Of a stretch of 64,000 bases of DNA, positions 40,401-48,770 are shown in pieces. A program made the position numbers and the translations under genes. The first letter of the stretch is position 1; every line of letters starts with the position of its first letter. Location of the stretch: positions 23,004,001-23,068,000 of the forward strand of contig NC_087251.1 of the NCBI RefSeq assembly GCF_037042905.1, in the 5' to 3' direction. The notes below the pieces were generated by a model. It was not told the origin of the DNA. It was given only the letters and a program-made list of their open reading frames with translations, and ran no database searches. Source of the stretch: Lytechinus pictus. Lineage: Eukaryota.

Positions 40401-42755
40401 TCCAAAAATTGGCATATTTCATGGTAGAGTACAGCAAAATATGCAATTATGCAACATGAATTTTAGACAAAGTGATTTTTTACAAAATACATACAGATTT
40501 GGTGACTAAAAGAGTGACCAACCAACTTAAATATGATTGGGCATGAATATGAAAAGTAGCACTGTCACTTTTCAAAAGTCACAAGAGTCATGTTAATGTC
40601 ACTATGCCGTCATTAAATTTACCCAGTTAACTTGGGATTTTCAAATTCATTACTAAGAATGTTCTCTCAACAGTAGTGCATGTATACAAGATTCTATATT
40701 CAACAAATTGTGACCATAACTGATTTTGTATGTCATTGTCACATACACTGGATTCATCTGGATTGAAAAGTGACAAAAATAGCCTTTGTGTGTGCTCACT
40801 AAAATGCATTCCTTGACATGTCACTAAAAAGTCTGTCAGATTAAATTGCTAACATATTTTGAATAACAGTTATTATATCTCAGTTAAGAGGAACTTACTA
40901 ATACCAGTGTCTATAACCATGTTTTTCATTCTCTTGTCATTAAAGCCCATCTTTGCTTCCCTCATAGAGGTTTTAGTTCTAACTAAATATATAACTAAAT
41001 AAGTACAATTTATAACAACAAATTGTACTTAAGTTTTAATTCTATTTTAGCCCAGAACACGACAGGGATATAAAAATTTATGCCTCATTGGCAGACATGC
41101 TGACCATATCCTAAAGTAATAAATCTGTTTTTAATCACACATTGTAATAACATCATTATTATTTTTTTCCTGGCAGGATCTGCAATGCTACACTTGTTCT
41201 GCTAGTAGTGTAACAGATGATTGTTCTGCAGCAATTGGAACTGATTCTGAAGTAACACCCATGACATGCTATGAGAACCAGCGATGTTGGGTATTAAATA
41301 CTTCACATTTTATTGTTATGCTTACATCTTATGAGTGAAAATGCATGTCTTTTGAGGACCTCTAAATGTTACTTGCATTTATCAAAAAAAAAGTTTCCCT
41401 TGCTTTTGTTAATTTTTAACAAATAGTCAATTGATGAATATATGTGTATTTAGAAGTGTTTTGACATACCCGTCTTAATTAGCAGTAAAACAAGTCCAAA
41501 AATCCAGTCCCAGCCCTACCCTCTTATACACAAAAGTTATTCAGGATAAAAACAAAGAAATACAGAATTGTATTATGTCAGAAATTAGGCTTCCACTACC
41601 CTTTAACCACCCCATTCTATTTTTCATCATTTCAAATGTAGTGTCAAAAATTTACTGCACATGTATGAGCCCATACTTGTATTCACCTTTCAAATGACAA
41701 TTAGTTTCATGACAATACCTCTCCATCCAGCCATATCACATCATAATGTGTTCTTCTCTAAAATGTTATTTTTATACAAAGCCATTCAAGGTCTTTCTTT
41801 TTATCATCTATATTCAGTATCATACCAATCCTGTCAAGCTATAAATGAGACCAAAATTAAATCTCTTGCCCCATGTATACCAAAAATATTCATGTCATTT
41901 CATAAATTGCATAGATTTCTCCTATAATTCCACCTCGATCCCCTCACACTGTTTCATTCTATTAATCACATTGTCACAAATTTGTGTGCCAATTAAATTA
42001 ACAGACATGATAGAGTAACATATTCAGTTTTCAAATGACACAAATTTCATGAAAATGCTATGTTAAACCAAGATATTGTTATGGTAGAAGTGGTACTCTG
42101 GGCTGAAGATAATTATATAAATGCTGAAAATCTCATGAAATTTAGAAAACAAAGTTACTGAATTTCAAAGTTTAGCAATATCAGGTAAAAACAATTGCAC
42201 ACTGGCATGAATATGCAATAGGTGGGCTGATGATTTCATGTCGCCACTTTCATTTTTTCTTATATTACGTGAAATCATAATCGTTTCGTTTCACATTTTG
42301 CCTGATTTACTTTAAATTGGTTAAAATCATATTTTTTCAGCTCGAAGTACCCCTTTAAACACAATAAATTTCAGGTAGCATAACAAAGCCACCTCTTACT
42401 GGGCCGAGAACATAAATGACAACAAGACGTTTATGAAAACTTGCAAACCTCTTACAAAAGTTCAAGTCAAACAACTATGAAACTTCTATGTTCCTTGCAG
42501 ACCGAGCATTACGAGAACTCAACACATACCAACATTTGGCGTGGATGTACTGATTCGATATGCAGTACCGAGAACAGTGATGGACCTTCTTGCCTGTCGA
42601 CAGGGGATGGAAACATCCTATGTGTTTTCTGCTGCGAGGCATCTTTGTGCAACAATGACCCAAGCTCTGGCAACACCATTTCAAGTTCTGTCACTAACAC
42701 TTGGTTGGCATCTCTTATTTCTTTGATCATCATGTATGCTACTTTTAGAACCTAA
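1253..42755 (+). CDS. 5'-partial multi-exon gene: poly-EGF / SEA / EGF2 / Ly6-uPAR GPI-anchored surface glycoprotein (32 splice-competent exons visible)
   Basis: Exons join in one frame: 24 phase-1 EGF exons (1253-32881), 33785-33897, 35099-35312, 37633-37680, 38483-38593, 39317-39418, 40193-40206, 41177-41290, 42501-42755 (TAA). No start codon or signal peptide in the window. Confidence 0.85.
1747..1848 (+). pseudogene. B-type EGF exon with mutated donor
   Basis: Copy of 347-448; G|ttacca. Confidence 0.7.
2658..2756 (+). CDS. EGF exon, type A
   Basis: AG/GT intact, same as 1253-1351. Confidence 0.85.
3149..3250 (+). pseudogene. B-type EGF exon with mutated donor
   Basis: G|ttacca. Confidence 0.7.
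4057..4155 (+). CDS. EGF exon, type A
   Basis: AG/GT intact. Confidence 0.85.
4544..4645 (+). pseudogene. B-type EGF exon with mutated donor
   Basis: G|ttacca; upstream branch-like CTAAC reduced to CTAC. Confidence 0.7.
5215..5313 (+). CDS. EGF exon, type C
   Basis: SCSGNSPCMNGASCENDACSCSVGLTGDLCET, ttag / A|gtatga. Confidence 0.85.
6474..6572 (+). CDS. EGF exon, type D
   Basis: SCTDGNPCINGATCENDTCSCSEGLTGDLCDT, ttag / A|gtatga. Confidence 0.85.
6984..7073 (+). pseudogene. B-type EGF exon remnant, acceptor and first Cys deleted, donor intact
   Basis: gattatatct joins directly to ggcaacccttgt; ends caaacag|gtacca. Confidence 0.8.
7878..7976 (+). CDS. EGF exon, type A'
   Basis: SCTDGNPCMNRVTCANNACPCSAGLTGVLCDA, AG/GT intact. 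Confidence 0.8.
8371..8472 (+). pseudogene. B-type EGF exon with mutated donor
   Basis: CLSGGTC variant; G|ttacca. Confidence 0.7.
9278..9376 (+). CDS. EGF exon, type A
   Basis: AG/GT intact. Confidence 0.85.
9765..9866 (+). pseudogene. B-type EGF exon with mutated donor
   Basis: G|ttacca; same CTAC variant as 4544. Confidence 0.7.
10436..10534 (+). CDS. EGF exon, type C
   Basis: Same as 5215-5313. Confidence 0.85.
11682..11780 (+). CDS. EGF exon, type D
   Basis: Same as 6474-6572. Confidence 0.85.
12280..12381 (+). pseudogene. B-type EGF exon with mutated donor
   Basis: G|ttacca. Confidence 0.7.
12951..13049 (+). CDS. EGF exon, type C
   Basis: AG/GT intact. Confidence 0.85.
14196..14294 (+). 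CDS. EGF exon, type D
   Basis: AG/GT intact. Confidence 0.85.
14804..14905 (+). pseudogene. B-type EGF exon with mutated donor
   Basis: CLNGSTC variant; G|ttacaa. Confidence 0.7.
15710..15808 (+). CDS. EGF exon, type A'
   Basis: SCTDGNPCMNGVTCANDACPCSAGLTGVLCDA, AG/GT intact. Confidence 0.85.
16204..16305 (+). pseudogene. B-type EGF exon with mutated donor
   Basis: CLSGGTC variant; G|ttacca. Confidence 0.7.
16870..16968 (+). CDS. EGF exon, diverged type C'
   Basis: SCMAGNPCMNGATCANDACTCSAGLTGDLCET, ttag / A|gtatga. Confidence 0.85.
17673..17952. mobile_element. 280-bp MITE flanked by TTAA
   Basis: TIR aggcccggtcccac / gtgggaccaggcct. Paralogous introns show the empty site tgtttaacttaagat (e.g. 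~6307-6321). Confidence 0.75.
18135..18229 (+). pseudogene. EGF exon lacking its 3' donor
   Basis: ctag acceptor, SCSTGNPCMNTGTCENDACSCSAGLSGNMCD then ttattt; no GT at the homologous position. Confidence 0.7.
18587..18688 (+). CDS. EGF exon, intact B-type
   Basis: NCTAGNPCLYGGTCEENDTCTCTTGLTADVCQT, tgtag / G|gtacca. Confidence 0.75.
18954..19888. mobile_element. 935-bp non-autonomous DNA transposon, TTAA TSD, purine termini (Kolobok-like), copy 1
   Basis: TTAA-ggacgttccaaagtta ... taactgtggaacgtcc-TTAA; highly similar to 35360-36295; empty site tcccccttaaattaaagacc in upstream array units. Confidence 0.85.
20330..20750 (+). mobile_element. Partial Helentron/HINE-like element
   Basis: tgacctttgacc core repeats, (GCC)n tract, end gcggcgcctatagtctcgctctgctatgca matching 56401-56480. 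Confidence 0.7.
21200..21884. mobile_element. Degenerate piggyBac-type MITE
   Basis: Right end ...tagataggg-TTAA; G-run/C-run subterminal motifs at both ends; left TIR eroded. Confidence 0.4.
23194..23292 (+). CDS. EGF exon
   Basis: TCSGGNPCQNGVTCSNDACPCPSGLTGELCDT, ttag / G|gtatga. Confidence 0.9.
23751..23849 (+). CDS. EGF exon (B-related)
   Basis: DCNDGNPCLYEGTCENDTCTCISGLTGDVCQT, ttag / G|gtacca. Confidence 0.85.
24500..24598 (+). CDS. EGF exon
   Basis: TCSDGDPCQNGATCTNDACPCPAGLTGDLCQT, ttag / G|gtataa. Confidence 0.9.
25119..25217 (+). CDS. EGF exon
   Basis: SCSAGNPCMNGGSCENDACSCSPGLTGNLCQT, ctag / G|gtaata. Confidence 0.9.
25318..26440 (-). mobile_element. 5'-truncated L2/CR1-group LINE (RT C-terminal region, 3' UTR, (TTA)n tail)
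   Basis: ORF 25667-26404 has LKLNEAKTE, DLGVILD, LDYCNSLL, LHWLP, RSFS..AP.LWN motifs; (TAA)n at 25318-25335. Confidence 0.92.
27982..28080 (+). CDS. EGF exon
   Basis: DCSVANPCQNGANCTNDACTCPAGLTGDICQT, ctag / G|gtaaag. Confidence 0.9.
29151..29255 (+). CDS. EGF exon
   Basis: DCNLESDPCQNEGTCADGACTCASGYTGVLCSNA, gtag / A|gtaaga. Confidence 0.9.
30026..30127 (+). CDS. EGF exon
   Basis: DCAGDNDPCQNGGTCENNACTCSSPYIGSVCDT, gcag / G|gtatgg. Confidence 0.9.
30595..30693 (+). CDS. EGF exon
   Basis: DCSGANPCVNGGTCQDGACSCTDNFDGVLCGS, gcag / G|gtatga. Confidence 0.9.
31883..31981 (+). CDS. EGF exon
   Basis: DCSGTNPCMNEGTCGDGSCSCVEGFTGVLCDT, gtag / G|gtataa. Confidence 0.9.
32783..32881 (+). CDS. EGF exon
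   Basis: DCSGDNPCRNGGTCGNNTCTCAAGYTGIVCQS, gcag / G|gtaagt. Confidence 0.9.
33122..33500 (-). mobile_element. Partial Helentron/HINE-like element (opposite orientation)
   Basis: gtctcgcctgcatagcagagcgagac hairpin, (GGC)n, ggtcaaaggtca-type core; reverse complement of the 56100-56480 family. Confidence 0.75.
33785..33897 (+). CDS. SEA domain exon 1 (GC donor)
   Basis: acag acceptor; EVIQIRMDAVFSGETFSEVLGNTSSDEFMAAAASWETT fits SEA F...L....S.EF pattern; ACG|gcaagt. Confidence 0.75.
35099..35312 (+). CDS. SEA domain exon 2
   Basis: ttcttacag acceptor; LTTSYCEDQGYSESECPFTIKVVGFSNGSLVVNYNVFY...FSRLS; C|gtgagt. Confidence 0.85.
35360..36295. mobile_element. 936-bp non-autonomous DNA transposon, TTAA TSD (Kolobok-like), copy 2
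   Basis: TTAA-ggacgttccacagtta ... taactgtggaacgtcc-TTAA, perfect 16-bp TIR. Confidence 0.88.
37633..37680 (+). CDS. 48-nt Cys-rich mini-exon
   Basis: Long pyrimidine tract + tcag; TCGGNVCDGCESCPI; AG|gtaaga; phase 1-1. Confidence 0.7.
   Translation, partial: LPVVGMYVMAVNRVP
38483..38593 (+). CDS. EGF exon (post-SEA)
   Basis: EAQCNNSQTPCQNEGICVFGECVCAPGYTGVLCANT, ccag / A|gtaaga. Confidence 0.9.
39317..39418 (+). CDS. EGF exon (post-SEA)
   Basis: ICSSETPCQNGGTCADGACTCGSGYAGDLCNAT, aaag / G|gtgaga. Confidence 0.85.
40193..40206 (+). CDS. 14-nt microexon (phase 1 to phase 0)
   Basis: ttacag|TGAGGACTCAAGGG|gtaagt; encodes VRTQG and restores frame to 41177. Confidence 0.65.
41177..41290 (+). 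CDS. Ly6/uPAR (LU) domain exon 1
   Basis: ggcag acceptor; DLQCYTCSASSVTDDCSAAIGTDSEVTPMTCYENQRCW, LxCYxC start motif; G|gtatta. Confidence 0.88.
42089..42354. mobile_element. Degenerate MITE related to 58913-59510
   Basis: Ends agtggtactctgggctgaa / ttcagctcgaagtacccct-TTAA; shared internal ggtgggctgatga motif. Confidence 0.45.
42501..42755 (+). CDS. Terminal exon: LU domain C-half and GPI-anchor signal
   Basis: ttgcag acceptor; ...WRGC...CVFCCEASLCN, then SSG spacer and hydrophobic WLASLISLIIMYATF with no cytoplasmic tail; TAA. Confidence 0.9.
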   Translation, partial: TEHYENSTHTNIWRGCTDSICSTENSDGPSCLSTGDGNILCVFCCEASLCNNDPSSGNTISSSVTNTWLASLISLIIMYATFRT

Positions 42756-42769
42756 CTGAATGAACTGAA

Positions 42770-42775
42770 AATAAA
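42770..42775 (+). terminator. Candidate polyadenylation signal
   Basis: AATAAA 15 nt after the stop; several later AATAAA are equally possible. Confidence 0.25.
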
Positions 42776-45700
42776 ATACAAGCTATATTTCCTATCTATA
42801 CTCTCCAGTCATTGTGGTAGATCCAGTCAGACTGGATACAATACCACTTCAGTGCCAGCATTGTTTAGTGCACATTGGTCTGATTTCTCTATACCAGATC
42901 AGCATGTGATACTACCTGGCAAAAAAGTATGATATAGGCAACTCTGCCCCAAAATAAATCTAATAGGAAATGCAGAAATTAGAAATTTTGACTTAATTAT
43001 GGTTAAAATATATTTTAGTATGTGGTGTAAGAATGTATTCAAATTAGATAATTTTAGAGGTAGACATAACTGTACTTTTGAAGCTATCATAATTTTGTGT
43101 TTGAGAAAATTACTAACAGCAGAATTAATTTACACGCTTGTAAGCATAATATTCATATTTTAGTGACAAAAGCCAAAAAAGAATATTTTAATCAGCCACA
43201 TAGAAAACAAGTAACAGAAATTATATTTTTTTTCTTCTTTTTTGTTCTTTAAATCAAGAAAGATCAGTCAAAAGTCATATATGATATAATGTAAGTTACT
43301 CATATATGCTTCAGAAGACAGTTATTCTAAAAGGAAATTTAATGAAACAATAAGTCTTGTTTACCATAATTAATGGGTGCCTTAGATTCTAAATCATATA
43401 CGTTTGTAAGTTCAGATTATACAAATAACAGTCAGGATTATGAATGTGTACAAGAATTAAAATACATTTAAAGGAGAATATGAGGAGAGCACCAGTTATT
43501 TGTATTTCAAAACAATTATTGAGTATGGATACTAAAAATAAGTTTAAATAATTGCATTGAATTATTATTTCTCAGAAAAGAAATATATATTTTTCATCAT
43601 TTATCATTTCTTCTATTGTATAAATGTATAATACAGATTTTGAGTGCTAATGATTTACTCCTAAAATAAGAATGGTTATCACCTCCGTCCTGATATTTTT
43701 CAAATTAAAAAAAAATCATTAACATAATTCTATGTTCATGTCTAATTGTAGTATGTATATTTTGAAAGGAAATGTAAAGAAACATAAATGAATGAGAAAA
43801 GCACCCTTGTAACATATGACATTAGTAACTTTGTCGTATAATTAAACTTTAGAAACTAACATGCAGAATCAATACAAAATATTCATTTGGTTGAGTGTCT
43901 TTATTATACAAAATACATTTTGGAGGAAATATATCAAGAGAAATACATTATAATCGAAAAAGAAATGTAATTCATGGTGTGATATTTTATTGAATGAAAA
44001 TTTCCAACATTCAATAAGTAACATGGTTATCCAGTAATAATGCATTTCAACTACCTTTAATAACCCCTTTCATGTTTGATATTGCATTCAAGATTGAATG
44101 GAGGGGGGGTGTAATTATTTCCATTTTGTTCTTTTTAGTAAAAAAATTCATTTTTTCAGTTAATATGTGAAGAATACATTACTATTCAAATCAACTTTTT
44201 CAGAAGTGTGTGAATCCAATTAAAACCTATCATAAGAAAGGAAATGCAAAATATCCCAAATTTTAATTTGCATTCTCTCAATTAACCATGGGCAACATAA
44301 ATAAGTCATCATGATTGTTTAGCAAATATCATCTACAGAGTAATCCATTATTATTATTAATTGTACGCGCTATGGTACTTTTTGTTTTTAGCACCTCTAA
44401 ATATCCATTATTATTAATAAATTACACAATTTTATATAACTTTCCATCTGTAAGCATCTAAAAAGCTAGCATAATACCACCACATGTTGAGAGCTAAGTT
44501 TGATGTATCTTAGGAATGTGTAATAATCAATAACCCTGGATGTATGGTTAAACAAAACATCCTTTTTATTTGGAAGTGGTTGCAATGACATGATGTATAT
44601 ATACAAATACAGTAACGATTAAGAAATTCTGCATGTTGAATATGGAAGAGACAAAGAACTTATTTTCAAGGTAATGCATTCAGCTCCAACAAACTTTAAT
44701 AATTCAAATGAAATCCAAATAATTTTAGACAGAACAGCCTTCTTTAGAGTTATGATAAACAAATAATCATGGTTCGTTTATCATGTAACCCAGAATAAGT
44801 TTTGTTAGAGCTAACTGCATTACCTCATCAATATATACTTTTTGTATGTGGAGTATGTATAGAGATATTTACTCTTAAAATCAATCTGTTGTAATAATAT
44901 GGAATCCTTTACTTCTTACCAAACCTTTCCTATTTTATGCTCTATCACCTTGATTAGTTTCTGTCTGGATTTGTGCTGCATGTATGTAAGAAATATAATT
45001 GTAAATACTTCATATTATGGGCATATTCTCTATGATCGATTAAAGGCAATTACGTGATTACTTGTAGCTTTTTCAAACCATAAATGTTAAACGGAATCGT
45101 TGCAGTTTTTTCCCTGCTCGTGTCATTTTCATAAAGCTGTTTGTAAGGTATGCATGTCTTTATAGATGTAAGGTGACCCGTTTTAGTGCTCACAAGATTT
45201 ACCCTTGAGTTGAATTTCTGTTAGCCCTACACAAATTCCGACAAATTATTAGCTTTGTATTCAGATGCTTGTTGATGACAAAAATTTAATCCACAAAAAA
45301 TTGGTTTCAAGAAGATTGGGAATCTAATTTCGCAATCAAGAACATGTTCCTGCCTTGCATAATTTACAAACAGCTTTATGAAACATCTATCAGAGCTCTG
45401 AAGTTGATAGATTTCAAATAAATTCACAATCAATATGTGCTATCAATATTAAACATTTTAGGGTAGGCCCATAGTGATGTAAAAGTTATGTTGCACTGTC
45501 TGTTTTCATTGAAACAAATGCATTGTAGTTCACCATTAGCAAATCAATTCATAACAGCACTAGAATTGCACTTGGTTAAATTGAAAGAAAAAGACAAACC
45601 CAGAATTAAGTAAATTTCTCATTTGTTTTAAAAGTTTGTCTTTTTCCTTGAAAGTATGTCCCATTTTTTCTGTATTTTACTTGTATTCAGATTTAGAATA

Positions 45701-48008
45701 TAAAGCAAATAATCTCCTTTGCGTTTAGGTGCAGAGTAATATTATCATTCCTCAGTGATTTGAAGGTATTGGTTATTTTGCTTCAGTTCAGCTGAAGAAA
45801 GATAGCTTCATCTGGATTACCTTGGAAATTATATTTTGTCTCATTACCTACACCAAACAGAAATTACTTGCTAGTAGATGTTATTGATTCTTTCACTAAA
45901 TTTGACAAGCAAGGGCGCCTTCAAATCTTGATTGTACATATAATATAGATGTTGTATCAGAAATCATGAAAAATTGCTTTGTGTTCTTCGCAATGGATGT
46001 ACATATTCTGTGATAAATAAATTGTTATATTTTATATGTAATGTCAACTCATATTTCTTTAATATTCTCATTAAAATTTGGATTGAAGTGTATATAATCA
46101 ATTACTTAATGTTCATTTACTTGGATTGGAGTGTTGACAATTGTTGATATGCATTGTATTTAGTATTGTTTATATGGTTAAAAACATCCAGGAAGAAACA
46201 AATAATTTGGGAAGACCTGGGCCTCGTCTTACAAAGTTACGATTGATCCGATCAATCGTATGGATGGCCAGCAACGTCAACAACTATTATGCATGTTTGT
46301 TCAAAATATTTTTTAGCTATGATTTATATTCATGTATTCATTGTTTTCTTGAAAATTCACTGCGCTTCTCTTTGCATACAGAGGACATTGTGCAAGTTTT
46401 TTGTAGAAAAAAATTATGATACTGATGGATTTCCATAGAGTTACGATTGATCGGATCAACCGCATTATTATGGTAACTTTGCCATCCAATGGTAACTACC
46501 ATGGTAACAATGCTCATCAGCCAACCAAAATCAACGATTCCATGTAGGTTACCATTGCATGGCAAACTTACCATAATAATAACTTTTATGCAACAGGGCC
46601 CAGGTTATTTGTACGTTTTTACTAAATGCCTTTCAGGTTCAATTTTTTTAGGACTTCTGTTTTACAATATAAGGTAACAGTTGGAACTTACGGTTCAAAT
46701 ATTTTATAATGTCAAATCAATAAATCAGATTAGGTTTTATTGTTTATTTATTCTTTACAGAGTGAATAAAAAAAGTTATGAATATGTATAATTTTGAATT
46801 TATTACAAATATAAGTACATAAACATATATATACATGTATATATTTAGAAAAATTAAAAAAGTGTAAAATTCATTCAAGTTCAAGGATACATTGAAAATC
46901 ATGAAACTATATATGCTCAAAAGCCAATCAAATTCAAGGATTACATATAAGTTATCATTGGATGACAGAGTTACTATATAATAAACTTTTATGCAATTGG
47001 GCCCTGGTGTATTTGATATCTCAAAAGTGCATTTAAAAAAAAAGTCAATATATCAAATTGCCAATGTTATAGGGAAGATCGTACAATATATAACCCGTTC
47101 CATTTCATACCTTGGACTTTTCAATACATCATCGATATGATTAGTAATACTATTTCTGAAGTTTTGAATCTTAGTTTATGATGATAAACCAACCTGGAAT
47201 CAGAATTATAATATGTAGAGTGTACTGTAAGGTAGACTCACTCAAGGGTTCATTGCATGCCGCCGCGCACATAAAAATCAAACCATAGAAGACGTGTGTT
47301 GTGGACACCAGAAGTGGGATCGCAGCACGCGCGACCCACTAGTTAGAAATCCACTGCCAAACGCGGTTCATGGTGCGAGGTTAGTATACTAATAATAACC
47401 TCTCAATAGGTGTGAGTGAGGTAGACTATACCTTGAATTCCCTCAGATACTTAAAAACTTTGAGATTAAAGTCTGATCCTCATTCCCTTGAGGCTTAAAA
47501 TGGGGATCCCACTCGATCTCATGGAATCATCTAATATCTGAAATGTTGTTCACTAAGCCCTTTTGAAGTCAACTTCACATAAGACAAGTGACCTGGGCTG
47601 GTATTCAATTCCATATGTAAGAAAGAAGTTTCAGTACTTTACTCAGTATTCTGCTAATTAAAATAATTAACCATCATTGTTACTTATTGTCTTTTTGGCA
47701 AGTATTTTGTTTAAATCTATTTCAGCCGCCTCCTTGGCTTAGAAGTCTGGCTTACATGCAGTTTACAAACGTACAAATACGTGTAGTAGTACACAGATTC
47801 GGTTTTACATTTAATTTTTTTCTGATGTGAAAAAAAAAATGATTGAGAATCTGATAGCACTTACATGTAAGAACGAACCATTAGTAATATGCAAAGTCAT
47901 CCACAAATTGCGAACATCTATCAAAACTGTCCAACAGCATAGACAAAACAATGGCAGATCAAGAAAACCACTGAGAACTTTTGCATGTAGCAAAGCAGAT
48001 ATATTATA

Positions 48009-48690
48009 TGCATCTTTCATTAAGGTGCCTGATCCGGTGACACAACACTCCAGGCTTAATTTCGTCTAAGATATAGGGTTACGGTTAGGGATGCAATGGG
48101 GTGTTATGTAAGGTTAAGGGTAGGGTATATTGTTAAACCCAGGGTTGAAGTTGGTCGTTTGATCAGTGTGTGTGGAATTGAGAGCGGAGCAATTGTCACC
48201 AGGGCACCTATCATAAAGCTGCTGCTCATTGCACAAAACATCCACACTGAAAGCTTGGTATCTATGATTAAGAGATGTTTCGGTATGAAACCGATGAATG
48301 CATCTTTTGTTCAGTTTACTGATCCAAATGCTACCTGACATCACGCTGTTGGCAGTTGCTCATTGCACAAAACATCCACACTGAAAGCTTGGTATCTATG
48401 ATTAAGAGATGTTTCGGTATGAATCTGATGAATGCATCTTTCTTTCGTTAAGGTACCTGATCTCAATGCTACCTGACATCAAGCTGTTGCTCATTGCACA
48501 AACCATCCACCTTGAAAGCTTGGTATCTATAAGCAAGAGATGTTTCGGTAAGAAGCTGATGAATGCATCTTCCACTCGGGTACCTGATCCCAATGCTACC
48601 TGACATCGAGCTGTTGCTCATTGCACAAAACATCTACCTTGAAAGCTTGGTATCTATGATTAAGAGATGTTTCTGTATGAAGCTTGTACA
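48009..48690 (-). repeat. ~130-bp tandem repeat (4 units) derived from the ADAT3 C-terminal coding sequence
   Basis: gctcattgcacaaaacatc..gaaagcttggtatctatgattaagagatgtttc recurs at ~48223, 48358, 48489, 48615; the last unit is the coding one. Confidence 0.9.
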
Positions 48691-48770
48691 TGCTGCCCAA
48701 AGCCCCATCAGGGTGACTGTTTGTATAGAAGACACGACGTATGCGAGAATGCACCAAGGCCATAGCACAC
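48596..48770 (-). CDS. ADAT3: ADAT3 terminal exon
   Basis: CAMALVHSRIRRVFY...LNHRYQAFKVDVLCNEQQLDVR*. Confidence 0.92.

Noticed and set aside
1253..42755. Naming the gene Notch, fibropellin, tenascin or teneurin
   Set aside because: No calcium-binding EGF consensus, LNR, ankyrin, CUB, avidin, FN3, fibrinogen or YD domains in view; the C-terminus is SEA-LU-GPI.
46215..47435. Additional small inverted-repeat elements (46215-46605, 47229-47433)
   Set aside because: Terminal matches are partial and no TSD could be established; probably old MITE remnants.
42800..48000. Hidden gene or RNA gene between the convergent genes
   Set aside because: AT-rich, no credible exon chain and no tRNA or rRNA features; consistent with 3' UTR/intergenic DNA.
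48060..48150. Interstitial telomere
   Set aside because: Only a few degenerate tagggtt-like units inside a small inverted-repeat insert.
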